This document shows, in pieces, positions 9,446-18,867 of a DNA stretch of 64,000 nucleotides (position 1 is the stretch's first letter; every line of letters begins with the position of its first letter). Location: assembly GCA_015494465.1 (NCBI GenBank), contig WGBD01000007.1:3009-67008 (forward strand). Direction: 5' to 3'. Under the pieces are notes generated by a model. That model was not told the DNA's origin. It searched no databases and was given only the letters and a program-made list of their open reading frames with translations. The stretch is from Candidatus Omnitrophota bacterium (GTDB lineage Bacteria > Omnitrophota > Gorgyraeia > S143-82). The position numbers and the translations under genes are program-made.

Positions 9446-10292
9446 TCTCCTCTCCCGTGTAGAAAAGGACCTTCGGTTCGCCTATCATGGTAAGGGACTG
9501 GCTCTCCACATCGTAGATTGCCTTCTCGCTCTCGGTGACATTGTCGCCCTTGACGATCTTGACATGGCCTTTGGCCACGATCTTTCTTATTCGGTTGTTG
9601 GGGGCGTTGAAGTACACGGTAAGCTGGTCCGCGTAGATGGTGGCAGATTCGTCCTCTACCACGACATCGTTGTGGAATATCGCTATCTTGTCCTTGTAGT
9701 GGACCTCCAACGGGCCTTTACACCGGATGAGGGTGCGATGGAGCTTTCCCTTGTCCTCTTTCACCATCTTGGCCTGGACATCGCTCTTTACCACCGCCAG
9801 ATCTTTATCCAGAAGCACCTCGCCACCCCTGCCTTTGAGTTCGGCCCCCTTGTCCTCCTGGGTGATGGTGAGGGGGGCATCGGTCTCGAGTTTGTTGTTT
9901 TTGGTGTCCCAGACCGCACGGTCGGTGGTGAGAACCGCCCCAGTGGAGGAGACTGCCTTTACATCCTTGGAGAGCAAGACGATGGACTTACTGCGGTTGT
10001 AGTAGCCGTGTTGGGAGGTGAGGGTAACATCCGCTTGGGGGCTGGTTTGGACGACATTGACCTCGTCCACTTCCAAGAGGTCCCCTTTTAGACGGGCGGT
10101 CTCGCCCTTTAGCCTCCACTTGACATTGCTCTCCTCGTTGAACCCGGAGACCTGGAAGTCCTCGACCACCTGATCCGCGGATTGGGAGACCTTCTCCTCT
10201 GCGCCCAGCAATCTATCCGTGGATAGCCCCGTCAGAAGGAGCGCCAGGAAGAGGAACTTAACGATGTCCTGCGCCTTTACTCTCCAAGGCAT
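9408..10292 (-). CDS. LptC-LptA-like fusion (tandem beta-jellyroll LPS export protein)
   Basis: N-terminal hydrophobic segment, LptC-like half (W.LKG..A, LTTD.AVWD, L.GRG), OstA/LptA-like half (AIFHNDVVV, IYADQL, VAKGHV, AIYD...GEP). Directly upstream of lptB. Confidence 0.78.
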   Translation of the reverse strand: MPWRVKAQDIVKFLFLALLLTGLSTDRLLGAEEKVSQSADQVVEDFQVSGFNEESNVKWRLKGETARLKGDLLEVDEVNVVQTSPQADVTLTSQHGYYNRSKSIVLLSKDVKAVSSTGAVLTTDRAVWDTKNNKLETDAPLTITQEDKGAELKGRGGEVLLDKDLAVVKSDVQAKMVKEDKGKLHRTLIRCKGPLEVHYKDKIAIFHNDVVVEDESATIYADQLTVYFNAPNNRIRKIVAKGHVKIVKGDNVTESEKAIYDVESQSLTMIGEPKVLFYTGEEIGKTSLGDERLD

Positions 10293-10295
10293 GGC

Positions 10296-11447
10296 TCAGA
10301 CTATCTTCTTCAACCTTTCAACTGCGACCTTCAACCTATCCTCTCCTAAGGTCAGGGCAAAGCGCACATACCCCTCCCCGTGGGCACCAAAACCAATCCC
10401 AGGGGTGCAGACTATGTCTGCCTTCTCTAGGGCGCGCTTTGCGAACTCTATCGACGAGCCGTTGACTTTCATCCAGACATAGAATGTAGCCTTGGGAGGC
10501 TTCACATCGAATCCCAGTTCTTTCAAACCGTTTACTAGGACATCTCGCCTGCGCTTGTATACTGCCTGCATCTCTTTTATGTGACCGTCACCGTCGCGCA
10601 GGGCGGTGATACCTGCGATCTGTATTGCCTGAAAGATACCGGAATCTATGTTGGACTTCAGCTTGGCAAGGGCGCGGATTACATCTTTATTTCCGCAGAC
10701 CCATCCTATCCTCCAACCGGTCATGTTGTAGGTCTTGGAGAGGGAGTGAAACTCAACGCTCCTGCGCTTGTCCTTGTCCACCTCTAGTATGCTGACTGCC
10801 TTGTACCCGTCGTAGACTATCTCCGAATAGGCCATGTCTTGGACCACGATGAGGTCGTACTTCTCCGCAAAGTCGAGCACCTTGCGGAAGAATTCGTAGT
10901 CCGCCACCGCAGAGGTGGGGTTGTTGGGATAGTTGAGGTAGATTATCTTGGCCTTGTTGAGCACATCCTTGGGGATGGAATCCAGCTCGGGCAAGAAACC
11001 GTTCTCTTCTCTCAAGCCCATCGCGTAGACCGAGGCACCTGCCAGCACCGAGGCGTTTCTATAAGGAGGATAACAGGGATCGGGAACGAGGTTTACCTCT
11101 CCCGGATCGTTTACCGCAAACGGTAGGTGGGCAATGCCTTCTTTGGATCCGATGAGGGGCAATATCTCGGTCTCGGGATCGAGCTGGACCCCGAACTTCC
11201 GCAGATACCACCTGGCTATCTCCTCCCGCAACTCGGGCATGCCCTGATCCATGGCGTAGCGATGATTGGCAGGGTCCTTCACCGCCTCGCACAGGGCGGA
11301 TATGACGAAGTCAGGGGTGGGCATGTCGGGATCGCCTATGCCTAGGTCTATAACATCCCTACCCTCTGCCTTGGCCTGACGCTTGGCCTTGTCTATCTCT
11401 GCGAACAGATAAGGTGGAAGCTTGTCCAGTTTGGACGAGAACCTCAT
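10296..11447 (-). CDS. dapL: LL-diaminopimelate aminotransferase (class I PLP)
   Basis: LPPYLFAEID, LGIGDPD, LIGSKEG, NYPNNPT, EFHSLSKTYNMTGWRIG, KSNIDSG. Confidence 0.88.
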   Translation of the reverse strand: MRFSSKLDKLPPYLFAEIDKAKRQAKAEGRDVIDLGIGDPDMPTPDFVISALCEAVKDPANHRYAMDQGMPELREEIARWYLRKFGVQLDPETEILPLIGSKEGIAHLPFAVNDPGEVNLVPDPCYPPYRNASVLAGASVYAMGLREENGFLPELDSIPKDVLNKAKIIYLNYPNNPTSAVADYEFFRKVLDFAEKYDLIVVQDMAYSEIVYDGYKAVSILEVDKDKRRSVEFHSLSKTYNMTGWRIGWVCGNKDVIRALAKLKSNIDSGIFQAIQIAGITALRDGDGHIKEMQAVYKRRRDVLVNGLKELGFDVKPPKATFYVWMKVNGSSIEFAKRALEKADIVCTPGIGFGAHGEGYVRFALTLGEDRLKVAVERLKKIV

Positions 11448-11460
11448 GCTCTATACCTCC

Positions 11461-12759
11461 TCATAATACGCGGACCTTCTCTCCTTTGCCCCGCAACCTT
11501 CCTCGGGTATCGAATATCAACTTGGCGTTCGCCACCACGAAATCGTAATCCACATTATCGTGATCGGTGGTAAGGAGGACGCAGTCGTAATCGCCCACGG
11601 CTGACAGATCGCTTATCCCCCGCATAGGGCCAACACTCGTCCTTATCTCCTCGACCCACGGATCGTAAAAGTCCACCCGCGCCCTCTTCTCCAAAAGGAG
11701 ATTCATCAGCTCTATTGCAGGGGATTCGCGGGTGTCAGAGACATTTTTTTTGTAAGCCACGCCTAAGACCAATATTCGACTACGAGACAGGGCCAGTCCC
11801 TCCTCGTTGAGGATGTCGGTGAGGCGGTCTAGGACATAGTGGGGCATGTAGTAGTTTATCTGACTGGCCAGTTCTACCAGACGAGGTTCTATTCCGTAAT
11901 CCCTCGCCTTCCAAGTCAGGTAGAGGGGATCGCAGGGGATGCAGTGCCCCCCTATTCCCGGGCCAGGATAGAAGGCCATAAAACCGAACGGTTTGGTCTT
12001 GGCGGATTCGATCACCTCCCACACATCTATCCCCATCTTGTGGCAGATCATGGCGATCTCGTTTACTAACCCTATGTTTACACTGCGGAAGGTGTTTTCC
12101 AGGAGCTTGACCATCTCTGCGGTCCTGGCGGAAGAGACCCTGTAGACCTGCCCTACCACTGCCTCGTAAAGACTGCTCGCTATTTCACCACACTGGGGAG
12201 TAATACCCCCGACGACCTTCGGTATGTCCCGCGTCTTGTAGACCGGATTGGCAGGATCGACCCTCTCGGGCGAGAAAGCAACGAAGATGTCCTTCCCCAC
12301 CTCGAAACCACAGCCCTCTATCCGCTTGGCCAAGAGCTCCTCGGTACTGCCGGGATAGGTGGTGCTCTCCAACACCACTAGCATGTTATCGTGTAACCTT
12401 GGGATAAGGATCTCCACCGCAGAGATCACGAAAGAGAGGTCCGGATCGCGGGTCTTGCGCAAGGGGGTTGGGACGCATATCACCACCACATCTGCGCCTT
12501 TAAGGCAATCGGGATCGGTGGTGGCGGAGAAGTTCCCCTCTACCTCTTCCAGACTTTCGCTTGGGACATCGGATATGTAACTTACTGAGCGGTTTAAACT
12601 ATCGACCTTCTTGGAATCTGGATCGTAGCCGATCGTCTTGAAGCCCGCCCGGGCAAACTCCACCGCCAGGGGCAGACCGACATACCCTAGCCCCATGACG
12701 GTGACCTGGGTCTGCCTGCCCTCGATTTTTCTCTGGAGCGCAGATGCATTATCCGACAT
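11461..12759 (-). CDS. UDP-N-acetylhexosamine 6-dehydrogenase (WbpA/WbpO-like nucleotide-sugar dehydrogenase)
   Basis: GLGYVGLPLA, ICVPTPL, ESTTYPG, SPERVDP, KLLENTFR, GGHCIP (catalytic Cys). Confidence 0.9.
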   Translation of the reverse strand: MSDNASALQRKIEGRQTQVTVMGLGYVGLPLAVEFARAGFKTIGYDPDSKKVDSLNRSVSYISDVPSESLEEVEGNFSATTDPDCLKGADVVVICVPTPLRKTRDPDLSFVISAVEILIPRLHDNMLVVLESTTYPGSTEELLAKRIEGCGFEVGKDIFVAFSPERVDPANPVYKTRDIPKVVGGITPQCGEIASSLYEAVVGQVYRVSSARTAEMVKLLENTFRSVNIGLVNEIAMICHKMGIDVWEVIESAKTKPFGFMAFYPGPGIGGHCIPCDPLYLTWKARDYGIEPRLVELASQINYYMPHYVLDRLTDILNEEGLALSRSRILVLGVAYKKNVSDTRESPAIELMNLLLEKRARVDFYDPWVEEIRTSVGPMRGISDLSAVGDYDCVLLTTDHDNVDYDFVVANAKLIFDTRGRLRGKGEKVRVL

Positions 12760-12824
12760 AGCCAAGTATTTTAACACCAAACCAGAGGGATAGGAACTAA
12801 ATATAACAGATCAGGCCCGAGGAG

Positions 12825-13277
12825 TCAGTCGCCTTCCTCTTCCGTCAGATAACGGAGGTCAACCTTATCCTTGTCTCTCCCGCTTGCGCTTTTATTTTTT
12901 ATGAGGTGAGTCTTAGATATAAATGGGATAGGTAAGCCGTCTATCTCCACGACACTTCTGTTCTGATAAGCCTCAGCGAAATCCACCCCATCGATAGAGG
13001 TAAGAATGTCTATACGACGGGGATATACCCCGATTTGGAACACAATGGAGTTCTGGGCAAAGTCCTCTGGGGAGATATTCAAAACCGGGGCACCAAACTC
13101 CACCACGGCATTGTAGACTTTAATCGCATTTTCGGGAGAGGCCTCTACCCATATATCTATATCCCCGGTAGCCCGCACATAGCCGTATACCCCCATCGCA
13201 TAGGCCCCAACTACCAAAAACCTAACTTCGTTTTTTAATAAGATTCGTAATATGTCTTTGTAATCTTCGTTTAGCAA
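12825..13277 (-). CDS. Minimal nucleotidyltransferase-fold protein (DUF6036-like)
   Basis: VVGAYA, RATGDIDIWV (DxD), RIDIL, NK.ASGR.KD.VD. TTG start. Confidence 0.8.
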   Translation of the reverse strand: MLNEDYKDILRILLKNEVRFLVVGAYAMGVYGYVRATGDIDIWVEASPENAIKVYNAVVEFGAPVLNISPEDFAQNSIVFQIGVYPRRIDILTSIDGVDFAEAYQNRSVVEIDGLPIPFISKTHLIKNKSASGRDKDKVDLRYLTEEEGD

Positions 13278-13419
13278 GGTTTTCTCCCTTCAAAGACCAT
13301 AACTCCACCGTGAGCTCCCAAATAAGGCGCAAACGCTCTTGAGGACTGCCTGGCACAAAAGGGATGTCCTCTTCCCGCCCAATCTTCGCCAACCTGACCT
13401 TATCCTTTCGCACCCTCAT
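13222..13419 (-). CDS. Small basic hypothetical protein, partner of the downstream nucleotidyltransferase
   Basis: 65 aa with SPQERL..IWEL...RRLQR pattern. TATAAT lies 6 nt upstream of the ATG. Confidence 0.62.
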   Translation of the reverse strand: MRVRKDKVRLAKIGREEDIPFVPGSPQERLRLIWELTVELWSLKGENLAKRRLQRHITNLIKKRS

Positions 13420-13446
13420 CTCTATATTATACCCCCTACAAGAGTC

Positions 13447-13481
13447 GTGAGACAGATTCTTACAGAAAGATTTCGTCTCAC
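13447..13481. repeat. Palindromic 34-bp element, copy 1
   Basis: GTGAGACAGATTCTTACAGAAAGATTTCGTCTCAC; 13448-13481 is 30/34 identical to 26202-26235. Confidence 0.8.
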
Positions 13482-14368
13482 TTGATTATCTCTACCAACT
13501 GGACCTTGGCGTTGGGCCAGGAAGACATCTCCCTCATGTGCTTGCGGAACCATATTGCCTGGCGTCGGGCGTACTGATAGGTGCGGTGGGCAAGTCTGTC
13601 TTTGGCAGTCTCCAGGTCCATCTCCCCTCTAAGGACTGCCTCCATCTCCTCAACCCCTAACACCTTCCGCGCGGTCTTGCTAAGGCCTTGGGAGGATATC
13701 TCCTTAAACCGCTCCACATCTTCCTCGCTCAAGCGGTCAAGGCGCGCCCTGATCCGCCTATACAATACCTCTCGAGGGGCAAGGTGGACCGTAAAGACTA
13801 TCTCTTTTGCCAATCTGCCGATCCCCCCTTCCCGCCTCTGCCACCAGTAGGAGATAGGCCTGCCCGTGCTGTAATATACCTCCAAGGCCCTCACGATCCT
13901 GCGCAGGTCGTTGGGATGTATCTTTTGCCCCGCCACCGGATCCACCCTGCACAGCTCCCGATACAACTCTCCCCGATCCCTCACCAACAGACTCCGTCGC
14001 AATTCGGGATCTTCCCCTGCGAACGGAAACAATCCCTCCATGAGGACCTTTACATACAGACCGGTGCCTCCAACGACTACCACCGGTCTCCCCTCCTTCC
14101 AAAGGGATTCGACGACCGGCCGGGCCAGATCCAGATACCTTGCCACATTGAACTCCTCTCTGGGAGATATAAAGGAAATAAAGTGGTGGCGGACCTCTTT
14201 CATCTCCTCTTGTGAGGGGGGAAAGGTGAGGAACTCCAACCCCCGATAGACCTGCATGGAATCGGCAGATACTACCTCCGTCCCAAAGGACCTGGCTATC
14301 TCTATTGCCCGATCTGACTTGCCGGTGGCGGTCTGACCGACGATTGCATAAAGGACGTTATTCGACAT
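13478..14368 (-). CDS. miaA: tRNA dimethylallyltransferase
   Basis: GQTATGKS P-loop, SADSMQVYR, VGGTGLY, IHPND.RRIVRALEV, YARRQ..WFR. Confidence 0.93.
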   Translation of the reverse strand: MSNNVLYAIVGQTATGKSDRAIEIARSFGTEVVSADSMQVYRGLEFLTFPPSQEEMKEVRHHFISFISPREEFNVARYLDLARPVVESLWKEGRPVVVVGGTGLYVKVLMEGLFPFAGEDPELRRSLLVRDRGELYRELCRVDPVAGQKIHPNDLRRIVRALEVYYSTGRPISYWWQRREGGIGRLAKEIVFTVHLAPREVLYRRIRARLDRLSEEDVERFKEISSQGLSKTARKVLGVEEMEAVLRGEMDLETAKDRLAHRTYQYARRQAIWFRKHMREMSSWPNAKVQLVEIIK

Positions 14369-14374
14369 GCGGGA

Positions 14375-14458
14375 TTACTTTACGATGTAGAAATTCACAT
14401 AATACCACACGAGGATTGCGATGAGCAACGACAAGAGCAACAATCCAATCCTTTTCAT
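14375..14458 (-). CDS. 27-aa membrane microprotein resembling the CdaR/YbbR N-terminal helix
   Basis: My translation: MKRIGLLLLSLLIAILVWYYVNFYIVK*. ATG overlaps the cdaA TGA (ATGA) and the ORF fills the cdaA-miaA gap. Confidence 0.68.
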   Translation of the reverse strand: MKRIGLLLLSLLIAILVWYYVNFYIVK

Positions 14459-15270
14459 GCGGTCTTCCTCTTGCCTCGGAAGAATACCACCTTAAACCAA
14501 TCCCAGAGTTTTAGCTTCCCGCTTTCACCCAACATCCTATCCACGATAAACCTGTACAGCTCCTCGGGGCTAACCCCCCTGGTGAGCCTGCCGTCCACTG
14601 CCCAGGAAATCGTGCCCATCTCCTCGGAAACTATTATACAGATGGCGTCGGTCTCCTCGGAGATCCCTATCCCTGCGCGGTGGCGGGTTCCCCTGACATC
14701 GGGGTGGCGCTCACTATCGGTGAGGGGGAAAAGGCATCCCGCTGCGATGACCCTGTTGCCCTTTATCACCACTCCCCCGTCGTGCAATGGGGTGCCGGGA
14801 TGGAATATGGTCTCTATCAATTCCGGTGAGACGATGGCGTCCAGTTTTATACCGGTATCTGCGTAGCCCCGCAGTCCTATGCTCCTCTCTATCGCTATGA
14901 GCGCACCTATCTTCTTCTCTGCGAGATAACTCACCGCTATGGTCACATCCCTTGCCAGCCTCTCTATGGACTTCCTGTCCAACATCAACCTGCCCAAAAG
15001 CGGATTCTGACCGAGACGGGCCAATCCCTGCCTCAACTCCGGCTGGAACAATATGACGAACACCAAAATCGATATGGCAAACACCTTCCCCAGCAACCAG
15101 GTCAGGGTGGTCAGGCCTACGAGGTTGGATAGCAGGAACACCAGGGCCAGTACCACTATACCCCGTATGACATAGAAGGCCCTGGTCCCTTCCAAAAACA
15201 GCATCACCTTGTAAAACAGGTACCAGAGTATGAGTATCTCAATTATGGCCTTCCACCAGACTATCCCCAT
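14455..15270 (-). CDS. cdaA: Membrane diadenylate cyclase CdaA/DacA
   Basis: Three N-terminal TM helices, FQPELR, TPLHDGG, GTRHRA, VSEE motifs. Confidence 0.93.
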   Translation of the reverse strand: MGIVWWKAIIEILILWYLFYKVMLFLEGTRAFYVIRGIVVLALVFLLSNLVGLTTLTWLLGKVFAISILVFVILFQPELRQGLARLGQNPLLGRLMLDRKSIERLARDVTIAVSYLAEKKIGALIAIERSIGLRGYADTGIKLDAIVSPELIETIFHPGTPLHDGGVVIKGNRVIAAGCLFPLTDSERHPDVRGTRHRAGIGISEETDAICIIVSEEMGTISWAVDGRLTRGVSPEELYRFIVDRMLGESGKLKLWDWFKVVFFRGKRKTA

Positions 15271-16178
15271 AGCCACTCCAACAAGGCCTTTTGAACATGC
15301 AACCTGTTCTCCGCCTGATCGAATACGATGGAATTAGGCCCGTCTATCACATCGTCGGCTATCTCCTCACCCCTGTGGGCGGGCAGGCAGTGCATCACCA
15401 ACGGACTACCCAAACGCTTCACTACATCGGAGGTGAGTTGAAACCCCTTGAAGTCCTTGATCTTTCTATCGTGCTGGGACTCCTGCCCCATGCTCACCCA
15501 CACATCGGTGTACACCACATCCAAGGCGCCAAGGCCCTCCAGCGAGTCCACCAGAGATATCGTCTTCCTGCCCCAGTTCTTTACACCTATGGCCTCGGCA
15601 TCCCTCATCACCACCGGAGAGGGCCGGTGATTGCGGGGAGTAAAGACCCGCAGTGAAAATCCGAATATCGCAGATGCGAACATCAGCGAGTGCAGAACAT
15701 TGTTGCCGTCCCCGATGAACCCGACCCTCACATCCTCTAAGATGGGGAACCGTTCCCAGATGGTAAAGACATCCGACAGGGCCTGGCAGGGATGGAACAT
15801 GTCCGTAAGGGCATTTACCACCGGGACCGAGGAATACTCCGCGAACTCTACCAGGTGGGCCTGATCAAAGGTGCGGATTATCACCCCGTAGACATAACGA
15901 CTGAGCGTGCGGGCGACATCCTTCACGGCCTCGCGCTTGCCCAGCCCTACCTCCTGGGCGGACAGGAACACCACATCCCCGCCTAATTCCTTTATCCCCA
16001 CCTCGAACGACACCCGCGTGCGGGTGGAAGGCTTCTCGAAGAGCATGGCAAAGACGCACCCCGAAAGGGTGCTCAACCTGTGCCCCCGCCTCCGGGTGGC
16101 CTTCAGGTCCTTAGCCCGATTGAGGACCGGCCAGAGGTCGTCTGCAGTGAAGTCCTTAAGACTGAGAAAATGCCTCAT
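15261..16178 (-). CDS. argF: Ornithine carbamoyltransferase
   Basis: FEKPSTRTRVSFE, HPCQ, DVWVSMG, HCLPAHRG, QAENRLH. Confidence 0.96.
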   Translation of the reverse strand: MRHFLSLKDFTADDLWPVLNRAKDLKATRRRGHRLSTLSGCVFAMLFEKPSTRTRVSFEVGIKELGGDVVFLSAQEVGLGKREAVKDVARTLSRYVYGVIIRTFDQAHLVEFAEYSSVPVVNALTDMFHPCQALSDVFTIWERFPILEDVRVGFIGDGNNVLHSLMFASAIFGFSLRVFTPRNHRPSPVVMRDAEAIGVKNWGRKTISLVDSLEGLGALDVVYTDVWVSMGQESQHDRKIKDFKGFQLTSDVVKRLGSPLVMHCLPAHRGEEIADDVIDGPNSIVFDQAENRLHVQKALLEWLWG

Positions 16179-17355
16179 CCAGCACCTCTTCCAGCAAAAG
16201 CAGTCCCTTCTCCAAGTACTTATCCTCTATGTTCAGTGCAGGCATAATCCTCAAGACCGTGGTGTGGGTGCAGTTCACCAGCACGCCCTTCTCCAAGGCC
16301 CTTTCCACTATCTCCTTGCAGGGGACGGTCAACTCCACTCCCCACATAAATCCTTTGCCCCGGACCTCGCGTATCCTGCCCGGCCAGCGCTTTTTCCAGG
16401 ACTCAAACCTCGCCCTCAACTCCTCGCCGGTGCGCCTCACTCGGGCAATCAACCTGTGCTTCTGTATCGCCTTAAACACCGCAACCCCCGCCCTACACAC
16501 CAACGGCCCGCCTCCAAAGGTGCTAGCGTGCATACCGGGCTTAAAGGCCTCTGCAACCTCCGCCCGGGCGACCATCGCCCCGATCGGCAGGCCTCCGCCA
16601 AGGCCTTTAGCAAGGGTGAATATGTCCGGCTCCACTCCATATCCCTGGAAGCAGAACCAGTCCCCGGTGCGCCCCATACCGGTCTGGACCTCGTCGAATA
16701 TCAAGAGTATCCCCTTTTCGTCGCACAGCCTCCGCAGGGCCTTTACATAGTCGGGATCGGCAACATTTATCCCGCCCTCGCCCTGTATGAGCTCCAATAT
16801 GACCGCGACGGTCTCGTCGGTGATTGTGGATTCCACCGCTGAGATGTCGTTGAACCTCACCCGTTTTACGCCCGGCAGGAGGGGATCAAACCCCGCCTGA
16901 TAGGCATCCTGTCCGGTGAGGGTAAGGGCACCGAGCGTGCGCCCGTGAAAGGAGTTCTCCATGGTGATTACCTCGTACTTGCCCTTGTCCCTTCCCCAGG
17001 CCCGGGCCAGTTTCAACGCGGACTCCACCGCCTCTGCCCCGGAGTTGCAGAAGAAGACCTTCGCGGGGAAGCCAACCCGATAGGTCAACTCCTTCGCAAG
17101 CCTGGCCTGAGGGATGTGGTAGAAGTTGTTGGGCAGGTGGATCAGCTTGCTCACCTGATGCCTGACCGCGTTCATCACCTCCGAGGGGCAGTGCCCAAGG
17201 ATGGAGACACCCCATCCCGGGAAGAGGTCTATGTACTCCCGATGGTGGATGTCCCACAGCCGAGAGCCCTTGCCCTTTATAAACACCCTCGGCATGCGGG
17301 TGTAGGTGTTCATTATTAGGTCCTGATATATCTGGTATACCTCGTTTTCACGCAT
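16156..17355 (-). CDS. argD: Acetylornithine aminotransferase (class III PLP)
   Basis: FCNSGAEA, SFHGRT, IQGEGG, FDEVQTG.GRTG, LAKGLGGG, HASTFGG. Adjacent to argF; start refined to MRENE. Confidence 0.92.
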   Translation of the reverse strand: MRENEVYQIYQDLIMNTYTRMPRVFIKGKGSRLWDIHHREYIDLFPGWGVSILGHCPSEVMNAVRHQVSKLIHLPNNFYHIPQARLAKELTYRVGFPAKVFFCNSGAEAVESALKLARAWGRDKGKYEVITMENSFHGRTLGALTLTGQDAYQAGFDPLLPGVKRVRFNDISAVESTITDETVAVILELIQGEGGINVADPDYVKALRRLCDEKGILLIFDEVQTGMGRTGDWFCFQGYGVEPDIFTLAKGLGGGLPIGAMVARAEVAEAFKPGMHASTFGGGPLVCRAGVAVFKAIQKHRLIARVRRTGEELRARFESWKKRWPGRIREVRGKGFMWGVELTVPCKEIVERALEKGVLVNCTHTTVLRIMPALNIEDKYLEKGLLLLEEVLDEAFSQS

Positions 17356-17446
17356 AGGGTTATATTCTAACCCAAACGGGTGAGGTTTTGAATTAGAAAG
17401 ATAAAGCGTTTCTCTCCACCGGACAGAAAAGGTATAATAGTCGGAT

Positions 17447-18865
17447 ATGCGAGGGCTCAATGGGCATACATCCCTTTTGACCGACCGCTACGAACTCACC
17501 ATGGCCCAGACCTACCTCCGGGCGGGCCTTGGGGATAAGACTGCCAGGTTCGAATACTTCTTCCGCTCCCTGCCCTTCGACGGGGGATATCTGGTATTTG
17601 CGGGACTGCAGGACCTGTTAGAGGCGATCGTCAACTTCCGTTTCGGGGAACGGGAGTTGAGGTTCCTTAAAGAAGAGGGGTTCTCTTCCGAATTCTTGGA
17701 CTACCTGCGGGAATTCCGCTTCCAGGGCGACATCTACTCGGTAAAAGAGGGAGAGATCGTATTCCCTATAGAGCCACTAGTAATAGTCGAAGGGAACCTC
17801 GTGGAGACCCAGATCGTAGAGACACTCGTGCTCAACACGATCAACTTCCAATCCCTAATAGCCACCAAGGCCAAGCGGGCCCAATGGGTGGCAGGACCCC
17901 GTCTCATCGCCGACTTTGGACTCCGACGGGCCCACGGGCTCGGCGGGATACAGGCCAGCCGGGCCAGCATAATAGGTGGGTGCAGTGCGACCTCAAACCT
18001 CATGGCTGGGCTGTTGTACGGGGTCAGGACCGTGGGCACGATGGCCCACTCCTTCGTACTGGCCTTCCCCGACGAATTGACCGCCTTCCGCGAATACGCC
18101 AGGGCAAACCCCGACGACTGCGTCTTGCTGATAGACACCTACGACACACTCAACAGCGGACTGCCAAACGCCATCACCGTTGCCAAGGAGATGGAGCGAT
18201 CCGGACACCGACTAAAAGGCGTCCGGATAGACAGCGGGGATCTGGCCTACCTATCCCGCAAGGTAAGGGAGAGGCTGGACGCAGAGGGGCTCGATTATGT
18301 GAAGGTGGTGGTCTCCAATCAACTGGACGAGTTCGTAATCCGCTCTCTGCTAGAGCAGAGAGCCCCGATTGACTTCTTCGGAGTGGGCACCCGTCTCATA
18401 ACCGGCCAACCAGATTCTGCGCTGGACGGGGTCTACAAGTTGACCGTTCTGGACGATGAACCCAAGATGAAGATCTCTGACACCTTAACCAAGGCAACCC
18501 TGCCCGGCAAGAAGAAAATCCTTCGCTGTCGCGACGAAAACGGATACTTCCTCATGGATGTGATATGCCTTGAGGACGAGCCCTTGCCGAAAGAGATGTA
18601 CCATCCCTTTGAGCCCACGAAGCACTGCAAGATCAAGGGATCTGCCGAGCCACTTTTATTCAAGGTGATGGAAAAGGGACGGATATTAGAGGATACACCC
18701 GACCTCTACGAGATCGCAGGATACTGCAATCAAAGGTTCTCTCACCTACCTGAGGAGCACAAGAGGTTCGAATATCCGCACACCTACAAGGTAGGGATAA
18801 GCCCAAGATTGCGGAAGGTGCGGGACCAGCTGATGGAGATAAACCTGGCTCAAAAGGAGGATTAG
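17447..18865 (+). CDS. pncB: Nicotinate phosphoribosyltransferase
   Basis: LLTDxYELTM, DFGLRRAH, GTMAHS, LIDTYDT, GVRIDSGD, GVYKL. Confidence 0.95.
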   Translation: MRGLNGHTSLLTDRYELTMAQTYLRAGLGDKTARFEYFFRSLPFDGGYLVFAGLQDLLEAIVNFRFGERELRFLKEEGFSSEFLDYLREFRFQGDIYSVKEGEIVFPIEPLVIVEGNLVETQIVETLVLNTINFQSLIATKAKRAQWVAGPRLIADFGLRRAHGLGGIQASRASIIGGCSATSNLMAGLLYGVRTVGTMAHSFVLAFPDELTAFREYARANPDDCVLLIDTYDTLNSGLPNAITVAKEMERSGHRLKGVRIDSGDLAYLSRKVRERLDAEGLDYVKVVVSNQLDEFVIRSLLEQRAPIDFFGVGTRLITGQPDSALDGVYKLTVLDDEPKMKISDTLTKATLPGKKKILRCRDENGYFLMDVICLEDEPLPKEMYHPFEPTKHCKIKGSAEPLLFKVMEKGRILEDTPDLYEIAGYCNQRFSHLPEEHKRFEYPHTYKVGISPRLRKVRDQLMEINLAQKED

Positions 18866-18867
18866 AG

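Noticed and set aside
15907-16842. 311-aa plus-strand ORF (likewise 20631-21470, 25225-26046, 59295-59957)
   Set aside because: Largely or wholly antisense to well-supported genes, with no domain signal.
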